Origin: Gloeobacterales cyanobacterium
GTDB lineage: Bacteria; Cyanobacteriota; Cyanobacteriia; Gloeobacterales; PMM-0068
Direction of reading: 5' to 3'
Length of the DNA: 64,000 bases
Assembly (NCBI GenBank): GCA_038245785.1
Contig: JBBRSB010000003.1
Coordinates: 96,001-160,000, forward strand
Shown here: positions 20,786 through 30,624 of the stretch, one piece after another
Layout of the letters: every line of letters begins with the position of its first letter
Position numbering within the stretch: position 1 is the stretch's first letter
Position numbers and translations under genes: made by a program
The notes under the pieces: model-generated
Seen by the model: only the letters and a program-made list of their open reading frames with translations
Databases searched by the model: none
What the model was told of the DNA's origin: nothing

Positions 20786-22162
20786 ATGAGAAGCTTTATA
20801 AAAATTCTAATAAATTCTGAAAAATTGAACTTTCTCACTCTCGAGGAGTTGACATTGAAAAATCTTATACAGAAAATATCTGTTGCCTTTGCTTACATTA
20901 GTGTTTGGGAAATCATCCTTGGATTTGGCGGAGATTTTATCTCCTTTGGCCCAATAAAAATAAGAGCATTCTTGGCTGTCTTTAATGTGTTTTTGCTTAT
21001 TGTTAGCATTGTTATTGGAAGTGCAAAAGTTAAAATTCACTATTTAGTTCTAAGCTCTGTAATCTTGATTGCGTCTGTAAATTTTCTATGGACTTTCTAT
21101 GGCCTTGAGATGAACAATGAGTTTGCTATTGCCGATGGTGGCGGCTCACTCTTAAGCATTCTTTCCTGCCTTTCCATAATAATTTCAGTCCTCAATATTC
21201 AGTCGAGTAAAGATACGTTATTTAATCTGCTTCAGCTTCCTCTCCTTATATTCTTCTCATCACTATCTCTTCTATGGATTACGCAACCAATCCATCACAT
21301 AGATTTACCCTTGCTACTCGAACCTTACACTGCGGTAACTATTATTGGTGGGGGAGGTGACCTGGGGAGGTACTATTTTCCTAGTACAGTATTGCTCCCT
21401 CTCAGTGCTTTTATCTTTGCGATTTATTCTCCCAAATTTAGTGTATTAAAGTTCTATAGCTACATCACCCTCTATATCATTTCAGTTCTTGCTGTAGGTT
21501 CGCGTGGAGTTGCTCTTGGAACATTATCAATTATTGCGGCAGCTTTTATTATTAGGATTCTTTCTCTACAAAACAGACCAGCTAATCTAATGATTTTTCT
21601 TTCTCCTCTGCTTGTGGCTACTCTTATTCTTTCTCCAATACTAGCTGCAAGTTTAAAGAGCACTCGTTTCTTTGAACCAAATGCAGCGTATAGTCAACTT
21701 GCATCGGATGATACAAGATTTGAGCAGGCACCATTATTACTTGAGTCTTTCCTGGAGGAACCAATATTAGGTAGAGGTTCTGGTTATTATATTAACGGAT
21801 TTCTTAGATCTAATAATCAGCCATATCTTTATGAGCTATATTTTCTTACTCTTTTGATGAAAACAGGAATCTTAGGCTCATTCCTTTATTTCTCTGCTCT
21901 CATGGCAATTCTGATAACACCCTTTGTTAGTAAATTTAGTTATCTGCTAAGCGTTAAAATATTATATGTTATTGCATTTGTAACCACCATCTTGCAGGGT
22001 TCAAGTAATCCATTTCTGGACAGGCCATGTGGATTATTACTCCTATTTGGTCCCTGGTTAGCCATTGAACTTCTGAGAAAGTTGCCTGTAGATTATTCAA
22101 TTATTAGAAAACCAATCAGACCTAAATCACAGTCACAATTTGCAGCTCAAATTATGAGCTAA
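20786..22162 (+). CDS. Wzy-like polymerase / O-antigen ligase family membrane protein
   Basis: Multi-TM with GSRG, periplasmic loop SDDTRFEQ..PILGRG and YELYFL..LMKTGILG. Confidence 0.75.
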   Translation: MRSFIKILINSEKLNFLTLEELTLKNLIQKISVAFAYISVWEIILGFGGDFISFGPIKIRAFLAVFNVFLLIVSIVIGSAKVKIHYLVLSSVILIASVNFLWTFYGLEMNNEFAIADGGGSLLSILSCLSIIISVLNIQSSKDTLFNLLQLPLLIFFSSLSLLWITQPIHHIDLPLLLEPYTAVTIIGGGGDLGRYYFPSTVLLPLSAFIFAIYSPKFSVLKFYSYITLYIISVLAVGSRGVALGTLSIIAAAFIIRILSLQNRPANLMIFLSPLLVATLILSPILAASLKSTRFFEPNAAYSQLASDDTRFEQAPLLLESFLEEPILGRGSGYYINGFLRSNNQPYLYELYFLTLLMKTGILGSFLYFSALMAILITPFVSKFSYLLSVKILYVIAFVTTILQGSSNPFLDRPCGLLLLFGPWLAIELLRKLPVDYSIIRKPIRPKSQSQFAAQIMS

Positions 22163-22187
22163 TCATATAAAGCTCTTACGGAAGTTT

Positions 22188-24899
22188 GTGATGTTACATA
22201 ATCTATTCCGTAGCAGTGTTCTTCTATCAACACTCCTAGCTCTCCTCGTTCTTTTCCTTTATGGAAATATCGCCAGAGCGCAGACGCTTCCTGGTTTTGA
22301 CTTTAAGCAGGCTTCTGTTGTTCAATCGTGGCAACCAACGAGTGATATAGCGAATATTCAAGCAACATCACAAGGCATGCTCATTGAAATCAGCGGCAAT
22401 GATCCTTATACGTTAGGGCCTGCTCGTACGTATCCTCAAAATCTCACCCTTCGACTGCGTATCCGTCTTAAGTCCGATCAGAAGGGAGTAGGTAGAATAT
22501 TCTTCTTTACATCAGCTAAAGGGCCGAACGAAGAAGATTCAGTTTCCTTCTTGGTCCCAAAGGCAGGTGAATGGGTTGAAGCACTTGTGCCAATGCCTGC
22601 ACTTGGACCTGGGACTTCACTCCGCATTGACCCACCTGGCGTTGGAATAGGCAAGTGTCTCATTTCATCCCTAACCTTCGAGCCAAACGTTAAGTTGAAG
22701 GAACCGCAGTGGCCAAAACCAACTAAACCCCAACTAGATGACATATCCTATAGCGTCCATTCTGGCGATCTCTTACTCGTACACGAAAAGCAGAAACTTG
22801 GTAGCTTCCGAATCCAGGTCGCAAAGAAGGATATGGCTGTTGGTTTTAACCGCCCTTTAATTGGCTACATCCAAGCGGGTCAACAGCAATGGCTAAACCT
22901 AAATGAGAAGGCACAGATCAAAACTAGCCTCCAGGATAATGCCCTGGCCGTGAGAGCAGTTGTTACTGACGCTGGCGGCGCGCGTTGGGGAATTGAGCAG
23001 CGGTTCATGCAGGCAAAACTGCCCAATGCGATCGATGTGGTTACAACCGTTACAGTCAATCAGGATCGCATAGTTAGCTTTCTGCCGATGCTGGTCGTAT
23101 TGCCTGGTGTTGGGTCCTTTGGGGCAGAGAGAAACCATGGACTATTCGCTGGATTGGAGTACTTAGACAAGCCAGACATAAGTAGTTCGGATGCCGATAT
23201 CATTGGGCCGGGCAGCAAGCGTCAGTTCCCCAACACTGAGCTAATGACTTTCCCCTTAATGGCTATTCAGGCTAATGACCGTTACCTTGGCCTCATCTGG
23301 GACAAGTTCCCGAAGTTTAGTGCTGTTTTTGATTCACCTGACCGCATCTTCAAGTCCGGGGGACACCTAATGGGGGTGCTGTTTCCTGGCTCCCAGGGTA
23401 TGCACTTACGGGAGGGTAGTCTGAGTCCCTATGGCAGTGAAACGCTGGTCAAGGGAAAGCCATTAGTTTTGCGCGCGACCATTATCGGAAGTACTGGTAA
23501 GAGTGTAGTTCCCGCTGTGCAGCAGTACATTGCACTACGCGGATTGCCACGTATGCCTTCCTCGGGCATGGATAAACAAGGCTACATCTCTCTGGCCGCA
23601 GGCGGCTGGCTTGACTCGAAGATTCGAGTTGGCGATGAGTTTCGGCATGCCTACTGGCCAGAAGTAATTGATGCAAAAAGCAAGGTCGCAGATGCTCCTG
23701 TCTTTTTGAAATGGCTGGCACATGCAACAGAGGACGCGACCTTGCGCACACGCCTGCACACTCAAGAAAAGGCAACTATCGCGAAGGTTAGCCCAACAGA
23801 TTACAACACTGCAGGCATCTCGCACGTACGCTATCCTTTGCCCGCTCTCATCTATGGAAATGTTGCCGAAAATGCAGACCGCGCAGAGAAATCTGGGTGG
23901 TCTATATTAGGTCGCTTCGAACCAAATGGTACGCTCCTCTACAAACCTGGGCCTAAGGAGCAGGATTTTGGGAAGACACACTTCGCACCTGACGCAAACG
24001 GACTGACTGCCGGAGTAGTGGAAAGTCTGCTGCAAGACGCAATGTTTTCTGGTGACGAAAAACTGATCCGTGCAGGATTGCGTATGTTGCGCGCGCTCGA
24101 TAAGTTTCACGATAGTGCACCACGTGGCGCGCAGACATGGGAAGTTCCTCTTCACACACCTGATATCTTGGCTTCTGCTTACCTAGTTCGAGCCTACACG
24201 CTGGGGTATGAGCTGACAGGTGACCAACATTTCCTAAAGGAAGCGATCTATTGGGCTTGGACTGGTGTTCCCTTTATCTATCTAGATAAATTGACCTCAC
24301 AGCCTGTCGGCCCCTACTCCACCATAGCCGTCCTGGGGGCTTCTAGATGGAAGGCCCCGAATTGGATAGGTCTGCCGGTTCAGTGGTGTGGTTTAGTCTA
24401 TTCGGAAGCTCTCTACCGTCTACTTCGGTACGATTCCAAAGGTCCCTGGAAACAGATCGCAGATGGCATTACTACTTCAGGTATTCAGCAAAGCTGGCCC
24501 CACACGGAAAAAGATTTTCAGGGTCTCTTACCTGACTCCTTCAATCTACAATCCCAGAAACGCAATTTTCCAGTGATCAACCCTGGAACAGTGCAAGCGA
24601 ATGCCATTCATCTTTTGGGGGGACCAGAGATATATGACTATCGTGTATTGCGTAAAAACAGTCTAATCGTCCACGCACCAGGAACAATCTCAGAGATACA
24701 AGAGAACCCAGGCCAAGTCTCTTTTACCGTAAAAGGTGACTGGTTAGAACACTCATATAACATTCTTGTGAGCGGCTTCAAGGCTCCGCCACAGGCTCGT
24801 ACCAACGGGCAGGAAGTACAGAGTCAGTACATAGGAAAGAAGGGATATCTCATTCTCACAGCAAATAAAGATATGCGGATTGATATAAGCACAAAGTAG
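22188..24899 (+). CDS. Large secreted protein of unknown function (903 aa)
   Basis: Signal ending ARA-Q; N-terminal beta-rich module (LRIDPPG); C-terminal helical region with RGAQTWEVPLHTPDILASA. Confidence 0.8.
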   Translation: MMLHNLFRSSVLLSTLLALLVLFLYGNIARAQTLPGFDFKQASVVQSWQPTSDIANIQATSQGMLIEISGNDPYTLGPARTYPQNLTLRLRIRLKSDQKGVGRIFFFTSAKGPNEEDSVSFLVPKAGEWVEALVPMPALGPGTSLRIDPPGVGIGKCLISSLTFEPNVKLKEPQWPKPTKPQLDDISYSVHSGDLLLVHEKQKLGSFRIQVAKKDMAVGFNRPLIGYIQAGQQQWLNLNEKAQIKTSLQDNALAVRAVVTDAGGARWGIEQRFMQAKLPNAIDVVTTVTVNQDRIVSFLPMLVVLPGVGSFGAERNHGLFAGLEYLDKPDISSSDADIIGPGSKRQFPNTELMTFPLMAIQANDRYLGLIWDKFPKFSAVFDSPDRIFKSGGHLMGVLFPGSQGMHLREGSLSPYGSETLVKGKPLVLRATIIGSTGKSVVPAVQQYIALRGLPRMPSSGMDKQGYISLAAGGWLDSKIRVGDEFRHAYWPEVIDAKSKVADAPVFLKWLAHATEDATLRTRLHTQEKATIAKVSPTDYNTAGISHVRYPLPALIYGNVAENADRAEKSGWSILGRFEPNGTLLYKPGPKEQDFGKTHFAPDANGLTAGVVESLLQDAMFSGDEKLIRAGLRMLRALDKFHDSAPRGAQTWEVPLHTPDILASAYLVRAYTLGYELTGDQHFLKEAIYWAWTGVPFIYLDKLTSQPVGPYSTIAVLGASRWKAPNWIGLPVQWCGLVYSEALYRLLRYDSKGPWKQIADGITTSGIQQSWPHTEKDFQGLLPDSFNLQSQKRNFPVINPGTVQANAIHLLGGPEIYDYRVLRKNSLIVHAPGTISEIQENPGQVSFTVKGDWLEHSYNILVSGFKAPPQARTNGQEVQSQYIGKKGYLILTANKDMRIDISTK

Positions 24900-25012
24900 A
24901 GAAAAGTGCACTTCCTCAGGTTGCTTAGTATGTCTCATTGGGTATCGACAAGCTGTATTCAATGCCAATGAATATTTAATGCCTCGAATGGGGTTATTTT
25001 TAGGAAGGATAA

Positions 25013-25753
25013 ATGAAGTTTTCAGTGTGTATAGCTGTTTATAACGGTGAGGAGTATTTAAAGCAACAGCTTGTTTCCATTTTAGAGCAACTAAATATTG
25101 ATGACGAAGTTATAGTAGTTAACGATAAATCTTCAGACGACTCGATGAATATAATTAATTCGCTCTGCGATAAAAGAATTACAGTGATTAACAATGAAAC
25201 TAATCTCGGAGTGGTTCGCTCGTTCGAAAAAGCTCTTAACCAAACATCAGGTGACATTATATTTTTGTCAGATCAGGATGATATTTGGATGCCCGGAAAA
25301 ATAGAAGTGATTAGCAAGTATATGATGGAATCTCAATGCCGTGCTGTTGTATCTGATGCTTTGGTAATTGATGGGCAAGAAGAAGTCATATGCGATTCAT
25401 ATTTTACGCTGCGGCAATCTGGTCCTGGCATTTGGAAAAACTTTTATCGAAATAGTTATATTGGCTGCTGTATGGCTATCCGTTCAGATGTTAAACCTTT
25501 TATCTTACCTTTCCCTAAATCTATTCCCATGCATGATGCATGGATTGGAATGGTCTGTGACCTTCTTGGTGAAGTTAAATTTTTGCCTAAACAACTTGTT
25601 GCCTATCGAAGGCATTTAGCAAATCAGAGTGAACTACAGGGAAAAGACTGGAATAAGATGATACATAAAAGATTCATATGGCTTAGATTAATGGCTGTTG
25701 AATTGCCAAAGCTATGGTTGAAAATAATTTTAAACAAAATTATCTGTGCTTGA
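25013..25753 (+). CDS. GT2 glycosyltransferase (rhamnosyltransferase-like)
   Basis: YNGEEYL, FLSDQDDIW, MHDAW and YRRH motifs. Confidence 0.9.
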   Translation: MKFSVCIAVYNGEEYLKQQLVSILEQLNIDDEVIVVNDKSSDDSMNIINSLCDKRITVINNETNLGVVRSFEKALNQTSGDIIFLSDQDDIWMPGKIEVISKYMMESQCRAVVSDALVIDGQEEVICDSYFTLRQSGPGIWKNFYRNSYIGCCMAIRSDVKPFILPFPKSIPMHDAWIGMVCDLLGEVKFLPKQLVAYRRHLANQSELQGKDWNKMIHKRFIWLRLMAVELPKLWLKIILNKIICA

Positions 25754-25919
25754 CATGATGTCCAGCTATCTTTCATCTCTGAAGCTTATTTCTCCGAAAT
25801 AATGATTAGTTTTCTAATTCAAAATCAGATATGAAATCTAAGAATTCTTGCCTAAAAAGGTTCAGAAGTAATTTGCTGTTTGCCCTAAATAGTCTCTATC
25901 TCTAGCACTTCTAGGAGTC

Positions 25920-26831
25920 ATGATGCTTGATGTCGCCGTAATTATCCCTACTTTAAATGGTGTGCAAGATCTAGAACAAGTTTTACCCCGTTTGACAGAG
26001 GCAATAGATCCAAGCCGAATTTGGATTATTGATTCAGCTTCTAAAGATAAAACGGTTGAACTTAGCAAGCAGTACCGAGTTAATATATATCCCATTGAAC
26101 ATGGAAGTTTTAATCATGGAGGAACCCGCAATTTAGGGCGTTCTTTAGTTAATGCGGAGATCTTAATCTATTTAACCCAGGATGCAATTCCAGCAGGTCC
26201 GGATTTTTTAGAGAAGCTGGTCGAACCTTTTTCAGATTCCGCCGTAGCCTTGGCATACGGACGACAGCTACCCCGTATCGGGGCTGGTCCTCTTGAGGCA
26301 TTTCCCAGACTTTTTAACTACTCAGATACGAACTTAGTGAAAAGTAAAGCTGATATCGCTCAACTTGGTATTAAGACCTTCTTCTGCTCTGACTCTTTTT
26401 GTGCCTATCGGACCCATGCATGGGATGAAGTTGGAGGATTTCCTGAAAGAACTTTAACCTGGGAGGACCAGCATATTGCGGCACGCTTAATTGCTAAAGG
26501 GTACAAAATTGCCTACGTTCCTAATGCACAGGTCTACCATTCCCACAGTTATACATTGAAGGAAGAGTTTCAGAGATACTTTGATACAGGTTCCTTTTTG
26601 AAAAAAGAAACTTGGATACGCGAAATGGCAGGTAATGCAGAGGGGGAAGGAATGCGCTTTCTCAAAAAACAGATTGAGTACCTAATCACAGTACAGAAAA
26701 CTTATCTTATCCCCTACTCTCTTATTGCAACGATTGTAAAGTATATGGGATATAGAATGGGTTTGTTAGAACCTAACTTACCCATTCATTGGAAGCGGAA
26801 GTTAAGCCAGCAAAGTTATTATTGGCAATAA
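25920..26831 (+). CDS. GT2 glycosyltransferase (RfbN-like rhamnosyltransferase)
   Basis: FNHGGTRNLG, LTQDA, AYGRQLP and VYHSH motifs. Confidence 0.88.
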   Translation: MMLDVAVIIPTLNGVQDLEQVLPRLTEAIDPSRIWIIDSASKDKTVELSKQYRVNIYPIEHGSFNHGGTRNLGRSLVNAEILIYLTQDAIPAGPDFLEKLVEPFSDSAVALAYGRQLPRIGAGPLEAFPRLFNYSDTNLVKSKADIAQLGIKTFFCSDSFCAYRTHAWDEVGGFPERTLTWEDQHIAARLIAKGYKIAYVPNAQVYHSHSYTLKEEFQRYFDTGSFLKKETWIREMAGNAEGEGMRFLKKQIEYLITVQKTYLIPYSLIATIVKYMGYRMGLLEPNLPIHWKRKLSQQSYYWQ

Positions 26832-27000
26832 ATAGGTCTAGCTGGAAAAATAGTTAGGAGTATAGGGATTTCTTAACTATTAATGCCTTAGTAACTAATA
26901 GAAAAGGAGATGAACTACCGAGAGGCAAAAAATCAGTGTATTCTTCTCCCCTAAAGTTACAGAGTATAAGCATGTAACTACATTAAAGTGATAGAGTCTT

Positions 27001-29355
27001 TTAGAAAACCTTTACTTCGCCGACAAAGAAGTATTCACCTTTTGTTTTAGCAACTCGTACGTACCGATAAGAATTACCAGAAACGACATCAGCTGTCAGA
27101 GTAGTGTCAAACCTGAGAGGTGTGCTGCCTTGAGTATATATAACTTTGTAATTAGTAAATGTTGGATCATTTGAAACTCTAATTTCGAAATTTTGTCTTG
27201 TAACTGGTTGATCATAAAAGTGTCGAGTAGTCAATTCGATACTTCTGAGGTTTTTCATTTCACCCAAATCAACCTGCCACCAAGGTAGAGTATCCTCCTC
27301 AAGCGGAGACCATCCTCCATAGGCATCATTATTGATTGCATCATCATTTGCCGTTTCAGGAAGATATGCAGAATTAAAAGATGAAGAGGCGGTGGCAGAT
27401 TTTTTGAGCGCAAGGTTTGGGAAAATAGGTAATAAGCTATTCTTAATATCTTGCTGCGCTGTTGACTGTATGCCTGCGGTATCAATAATATCCTGTACTT
27501 CATGGGGAATAGATTGCAAAGATAAGGTGGTATTATTCTGCAATGTATTTCTCGAGATACTCTCACCTCCTGATCCTGTGTCAAACGAGTTATAATAGAG
27601 GTCTTCTCCATTAGAAAAATTGTTCTCTATAGTATTGCCAAATATGGCATCATTCCAAATAAAGAGCCAATTATGTTTGTAATTAATCACAACATTATTT
27701 GAGATAGTAAATTCGCTACTGCCTAGATCAGGATAGATTGCTCCTCCATTAGTGGGTGAATTATATTGATTATAAATATAGTTTTTACTTATGACCGATT
27801 CAGGTTGAAGACCTGTTGTAAAGATTGCTCCTCCATCATTAAGAAAATTCATGAAATTATGAATTTTATTGCCTTGAATGATGTTGTTTGTAGCAGGACT
27901 TAGAATAGTGCCATCAAAACTAATTCCTACAAAAATACCTGCGTAAGGTATATCGGTAATTTCGTTGTGGATTATACGTGTATGGTCAGCGTAGCCAACA
28001 AAAATGGCAGCAGCATCATGATATTCTTGAGCTATCTTGGTAATGTAGTTATCTACGACTAAATTATTACTGACATATTTTCTTGTATCCAAGTCTTGCA
28101 CAAATTTCCAATCTGAGTTGCCAAGCTGTATTGCGCTGCCTGATATATCATCAAATCTATTATTTTCAATTGTATTGTTTTGACTGCCATCATCAAAATC
28201 TAAGGCTGCACTGCTTAAATGGCTAAAGATATTATGTTTAAAACTAATGTTTTTTGCATAGATAAAAGATATATTTCCGGGTGATTTAGAACCTATGGTT
28301 CTCCCAGATGGCTCTGTTTGAACATAAAAGCCTGTTCCTAATGATGCATAGCCATCAGATGAGTTAGGGTAGTACCAAGTCCCATACTTGAAATTCAGAT
28401 CTTGAAAAACAATGTTGTGCACTGGATTATCTACTTGGCCAGAACCAACAATCAATTTATCTAATATTGGTACAACGGCTTCTGTTTTGGCTAAATTTTC
28501 ATAGGGATGGGGTTTGTAGTAAATACATTCGTCCTTTTTGTTGTAGTACCATTCGCCAGGAGTATCCAAAAGTTCATAAGCGTTCTCTAGCCATGAAGGA
28601 TTTAAGATAGGGCGATCTTTTTGCACTGAAAGATGGAGAGAGTTACTGAAACATTGCTGGTCCATTGTAATTACCCTACCTACAATGCTAGACACTCCAC
28701 AGCGGAACGATTTAAAGAAATCAGTAGATACTATTTCTACATCGCTGACATTTTTCCACTTTTGCAGGTTCAAATCCGTAGTTGTATATCCTGTCTCTGT
28801 TCTGGTAAACCCTGTTGGGTCATCAAGGCTTCTCGCTCGGGTAGCTCTTAGCTCTCCATTATAGAATTCGCGAGGATAAGTAGTTTTGCCAAACCAGACT
28901 CGATAAATGTTTTTACTTACATCAAACAAAGACCAACGTCCAAGTCTTCTACCTCCAGAGAGCGTAACTTTAGCTCCAGGTTCTGCCCTGTAGATAATGT
29001 TATAGCCATTACTTCCTGAATCTTCAGGGCCCAACGTTAAAGGTCGATTGAGTTGATAGGTTCCGCCTTTTAGAATAACAACAATGTCTCCTATCATATT
29101 GCTATTTACGCTGCGAACGGCTGTGGCGGCTTTTTGAATCGTTTTAAATGGTTTAGCACTCGTTCCGGGCGCGGTATCAGAACCATTGGTAGCAACATAA
29201 AAATAGGTGGTTTCTGCTGCAGATGCCTTGGAAATAAGACCTTGACAGAAGATTGGAAGTATACTCAAGGAGCCTGACAGTAAGAGTTTAAGAGATGTAG
29301 ATATTGTTTTAGAAATGGTACTTTGCTGATTATGCAATGTTGCTAATGAACCCAT
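27001..29355 (-). CDS. Secreted right-handed beta-helix protein with C-terminal F5/8 type C (discoidin) domain (GH141-like)
   Basis: YVATNGSD..PGT..PFKTIQKA, LENAYELLDTPGEWY, Asn-ladder repeats, DGGAI; C-terminal NLALKK..ASS and PWWQVDLG. Confidence 0.8.
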   Translation of the reverse strand: MGSLATLHNQQSTISKTISTSLKLLLSGSLSILPIFCQGLISKASAAETTYFYVATNGSDTAPGTSAKPFKTIQKAATAVRSVNSNMIGDIVVILKGGTYQLNRPLTLGPEDSGSNGYNIIYRAEPGAKVTLSGGRRLGRWSLFDVSKNIYRVWFGKTTYPREFYNGELRATRARSLDDPTGFTRTETGYTTTDLNLQKWKNVSDVEIVSTDFFKSFRCGVSSIVGRVITMDQQCFSNSLHLSVQKDRPILNPSWLENAYELLDTPGEWYYNKKDECIYYKPHPYENLAKTEAVVPILDKLIVGSGQVDNPVHNIVFQDLNFKYGTWYYPNSSDGYASLGTGFYVQTEPSGRTIGSKSPGNISFIYAKNISFKHNIFSHLSSAALDFDDGSQNNTIENNRFDDISGSAIQLGNSDWKFVQDLDTRKYVSNNLVVDNYITKIAQEYHDAAAIFVGYADHTRIIHNEITDIPYAGIFVGISFDGTILSPATNNIIQGNKIHNFMNFLNDGGAIFTTGLQPESVISKNYIYNQYNSPTNGGAIYPDLGSSEFTISNNVVINYKHNWLFIWNDAIFGNTIENNFSNGEDLYYNSFDTGSGGESISRNTLQNNTTLSLQSIPHEVQDIIDTAGIQSTAQQDIKNSLLPIFPNLALKKSATASSSFNSAYLPETANDDAINNDAYGGWSPLEEDTLPWWQVDLGEMKNLRSIELTTRHFYDQPVTRQNFEIRVSNDPTFTNYKVIYTQGSTPLRFDTTLTADVVSGNSYRYVRVAKTKGEYFFVGEVKVF

Positions 29356-29864
29356 TTACCTGCCCCTAAAAGTGCGTAGAGGAAGAGTACCCAGCGCTTT
29401 ATAGACAATGTAAATTTTCTATAAGTTAAAAGTAGGCTTTATGTTAGTTTTCCGTAAAGTCTAATGTGACAGCTAGTGTCAAATTTAGTTTTCTATAAGG
29501 TTGAGATATGGTTCTTTTCTGTGAGATTAAAGATTCTAAAGGCATTGCATTTATTGAAATTTACTAAAGCCTTACTGTGATTATTTTCAACCCTGACCAC
29601 TTGTGCAATAGCCTATTCACTCCTGCTTATGTCTCCCACTAGATTATCGCTTGCACAGAAATGGCTATAGTAGAGCAAACGCACAAGACTAAGTGCTGAT
29701 ACGTAGATTTTGTGGATGAAGCTTGTGATTTCTGGTGCTTTTTGCTACATTTATAAGTAATTCTACGGATATAATCGCCAAAAATCACGGTTTGGGTACT
29801 GGGTAGCAACAGGCTGAATGCCGGAAGGTATGAGTCTTGCCCTGCGGGCAATAAAGTCAAAGTT

Positions 29865-30197
29865 ATGTACGAGAATCTAGTTGGAATAGATATGCCTTCA
29901 AAATTTGCATTTTCCCTGTCTTCAACGGTGGTAGCTACTTCGGATCAAGTTTCCTCTGATTTAGCAGGAGAAGTAGTCATACTCGGTCTCAGTGCTGGTA
30001 TTTACTATGGTCTCAATGAAGTGGGAGCTAGCATCTGGAATTTGATTCAGCAGTCTAAGACCATCCAAGAAATTCAGGATGCTCTGCTGCAAGAATATGA
30101 CGTAGAAGCATCCCAATTAGAACAAGATATTTTCTCATTACTTTCAGAATTATCCGCTGTAGGACTGATCGAAATAAAAGATGAAGCTATTGTTTAA
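29865..30197 (+). CDS. Lasso peptide B1 / PqqD-family RiPP recognition element
   Basis: DLAGEVVIL...YYGLNEVGASIWNLI...L..EYDV...GLI. Alternative ATG at 29892. Confidence 0.92.
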   Translation: MYENLVGIDMPSKFAFSLSSTVVATSDQVSSDLAGEVVILGLSAGIYYGLNEVGASIWNLIQQSKTIQEIQDALLQEYDVEASQLEQDIFSLLSELSAVGLIEIKDEAIV

Positions 30198-30624
30198 GGT
30201 CCTGCACCTGCATAACAACGATCGCAACTTCCTTTTTAAAACTTTTATCTTGCTTAGCTTAGTGAGGTTGGGTCTGTGGCTGTTGCCCTTTCAAAAATTG
30301 CTGCACCTTTTAGGAAAGCTCGGTCACCCATCTCCTAAACAGCTGTTGAAATCCATTCCCTTAGATCGAATTGTTTGGGCCGTGAATCTGAATAGTTCTT
30401 ATACCCTGGGCAACGTCCAGTGTTTACCTCGGGCTTTGACAACGCAAGTACTCATGCGTAGCTATGGCTATGCGCCCCAACTGCGCATTGGAGTGACCAA
30501 GGGAGCACAAGGAAATCTAGAAGCCCATGCTTGGGTCGAGAACCAAGGACAGGTGGTGATTGGCTATCTCAGAGACTTTTCGCGATTTACGCCTCTGCCC
30601 TCTTTTAAAGGAAGCAAACTGTGA
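30181..30624 (+). CDS. Lasso peptide B2 leader peptidase (transglutaminase-like)
   Basis: CLPRAL, LRIGV and AHAWVE catalytic Cys/His motifs. Confidence 0.92.
   Translation: MKLLFKVLHLHNNDRNFLFKTFILLSLVRLGLWLLPFQKLLHLLGKLGHPSPKQLLKSIPLDRIVWAVNLNSSYTLGNVQCLPRALTTQVLMRSYGYAPQLRIGVTKGAQGNLEAHAWVENQGQVVIGYLRDFSRFTPLPSFKGSKL

Noticed and set aside
29790..29851. Possible riboswitch or JUMPstart element before the lasso operon (small ttgccc-tgc-gggcaa hairpin)
   Set aside because: No match I can recognise to a known consensus; the stem is only 6 bp.
29865..30197. PQQ biosynthesis gene pqqD
   Set aside because: No other pqq genes; context indicates a lasso RRE.
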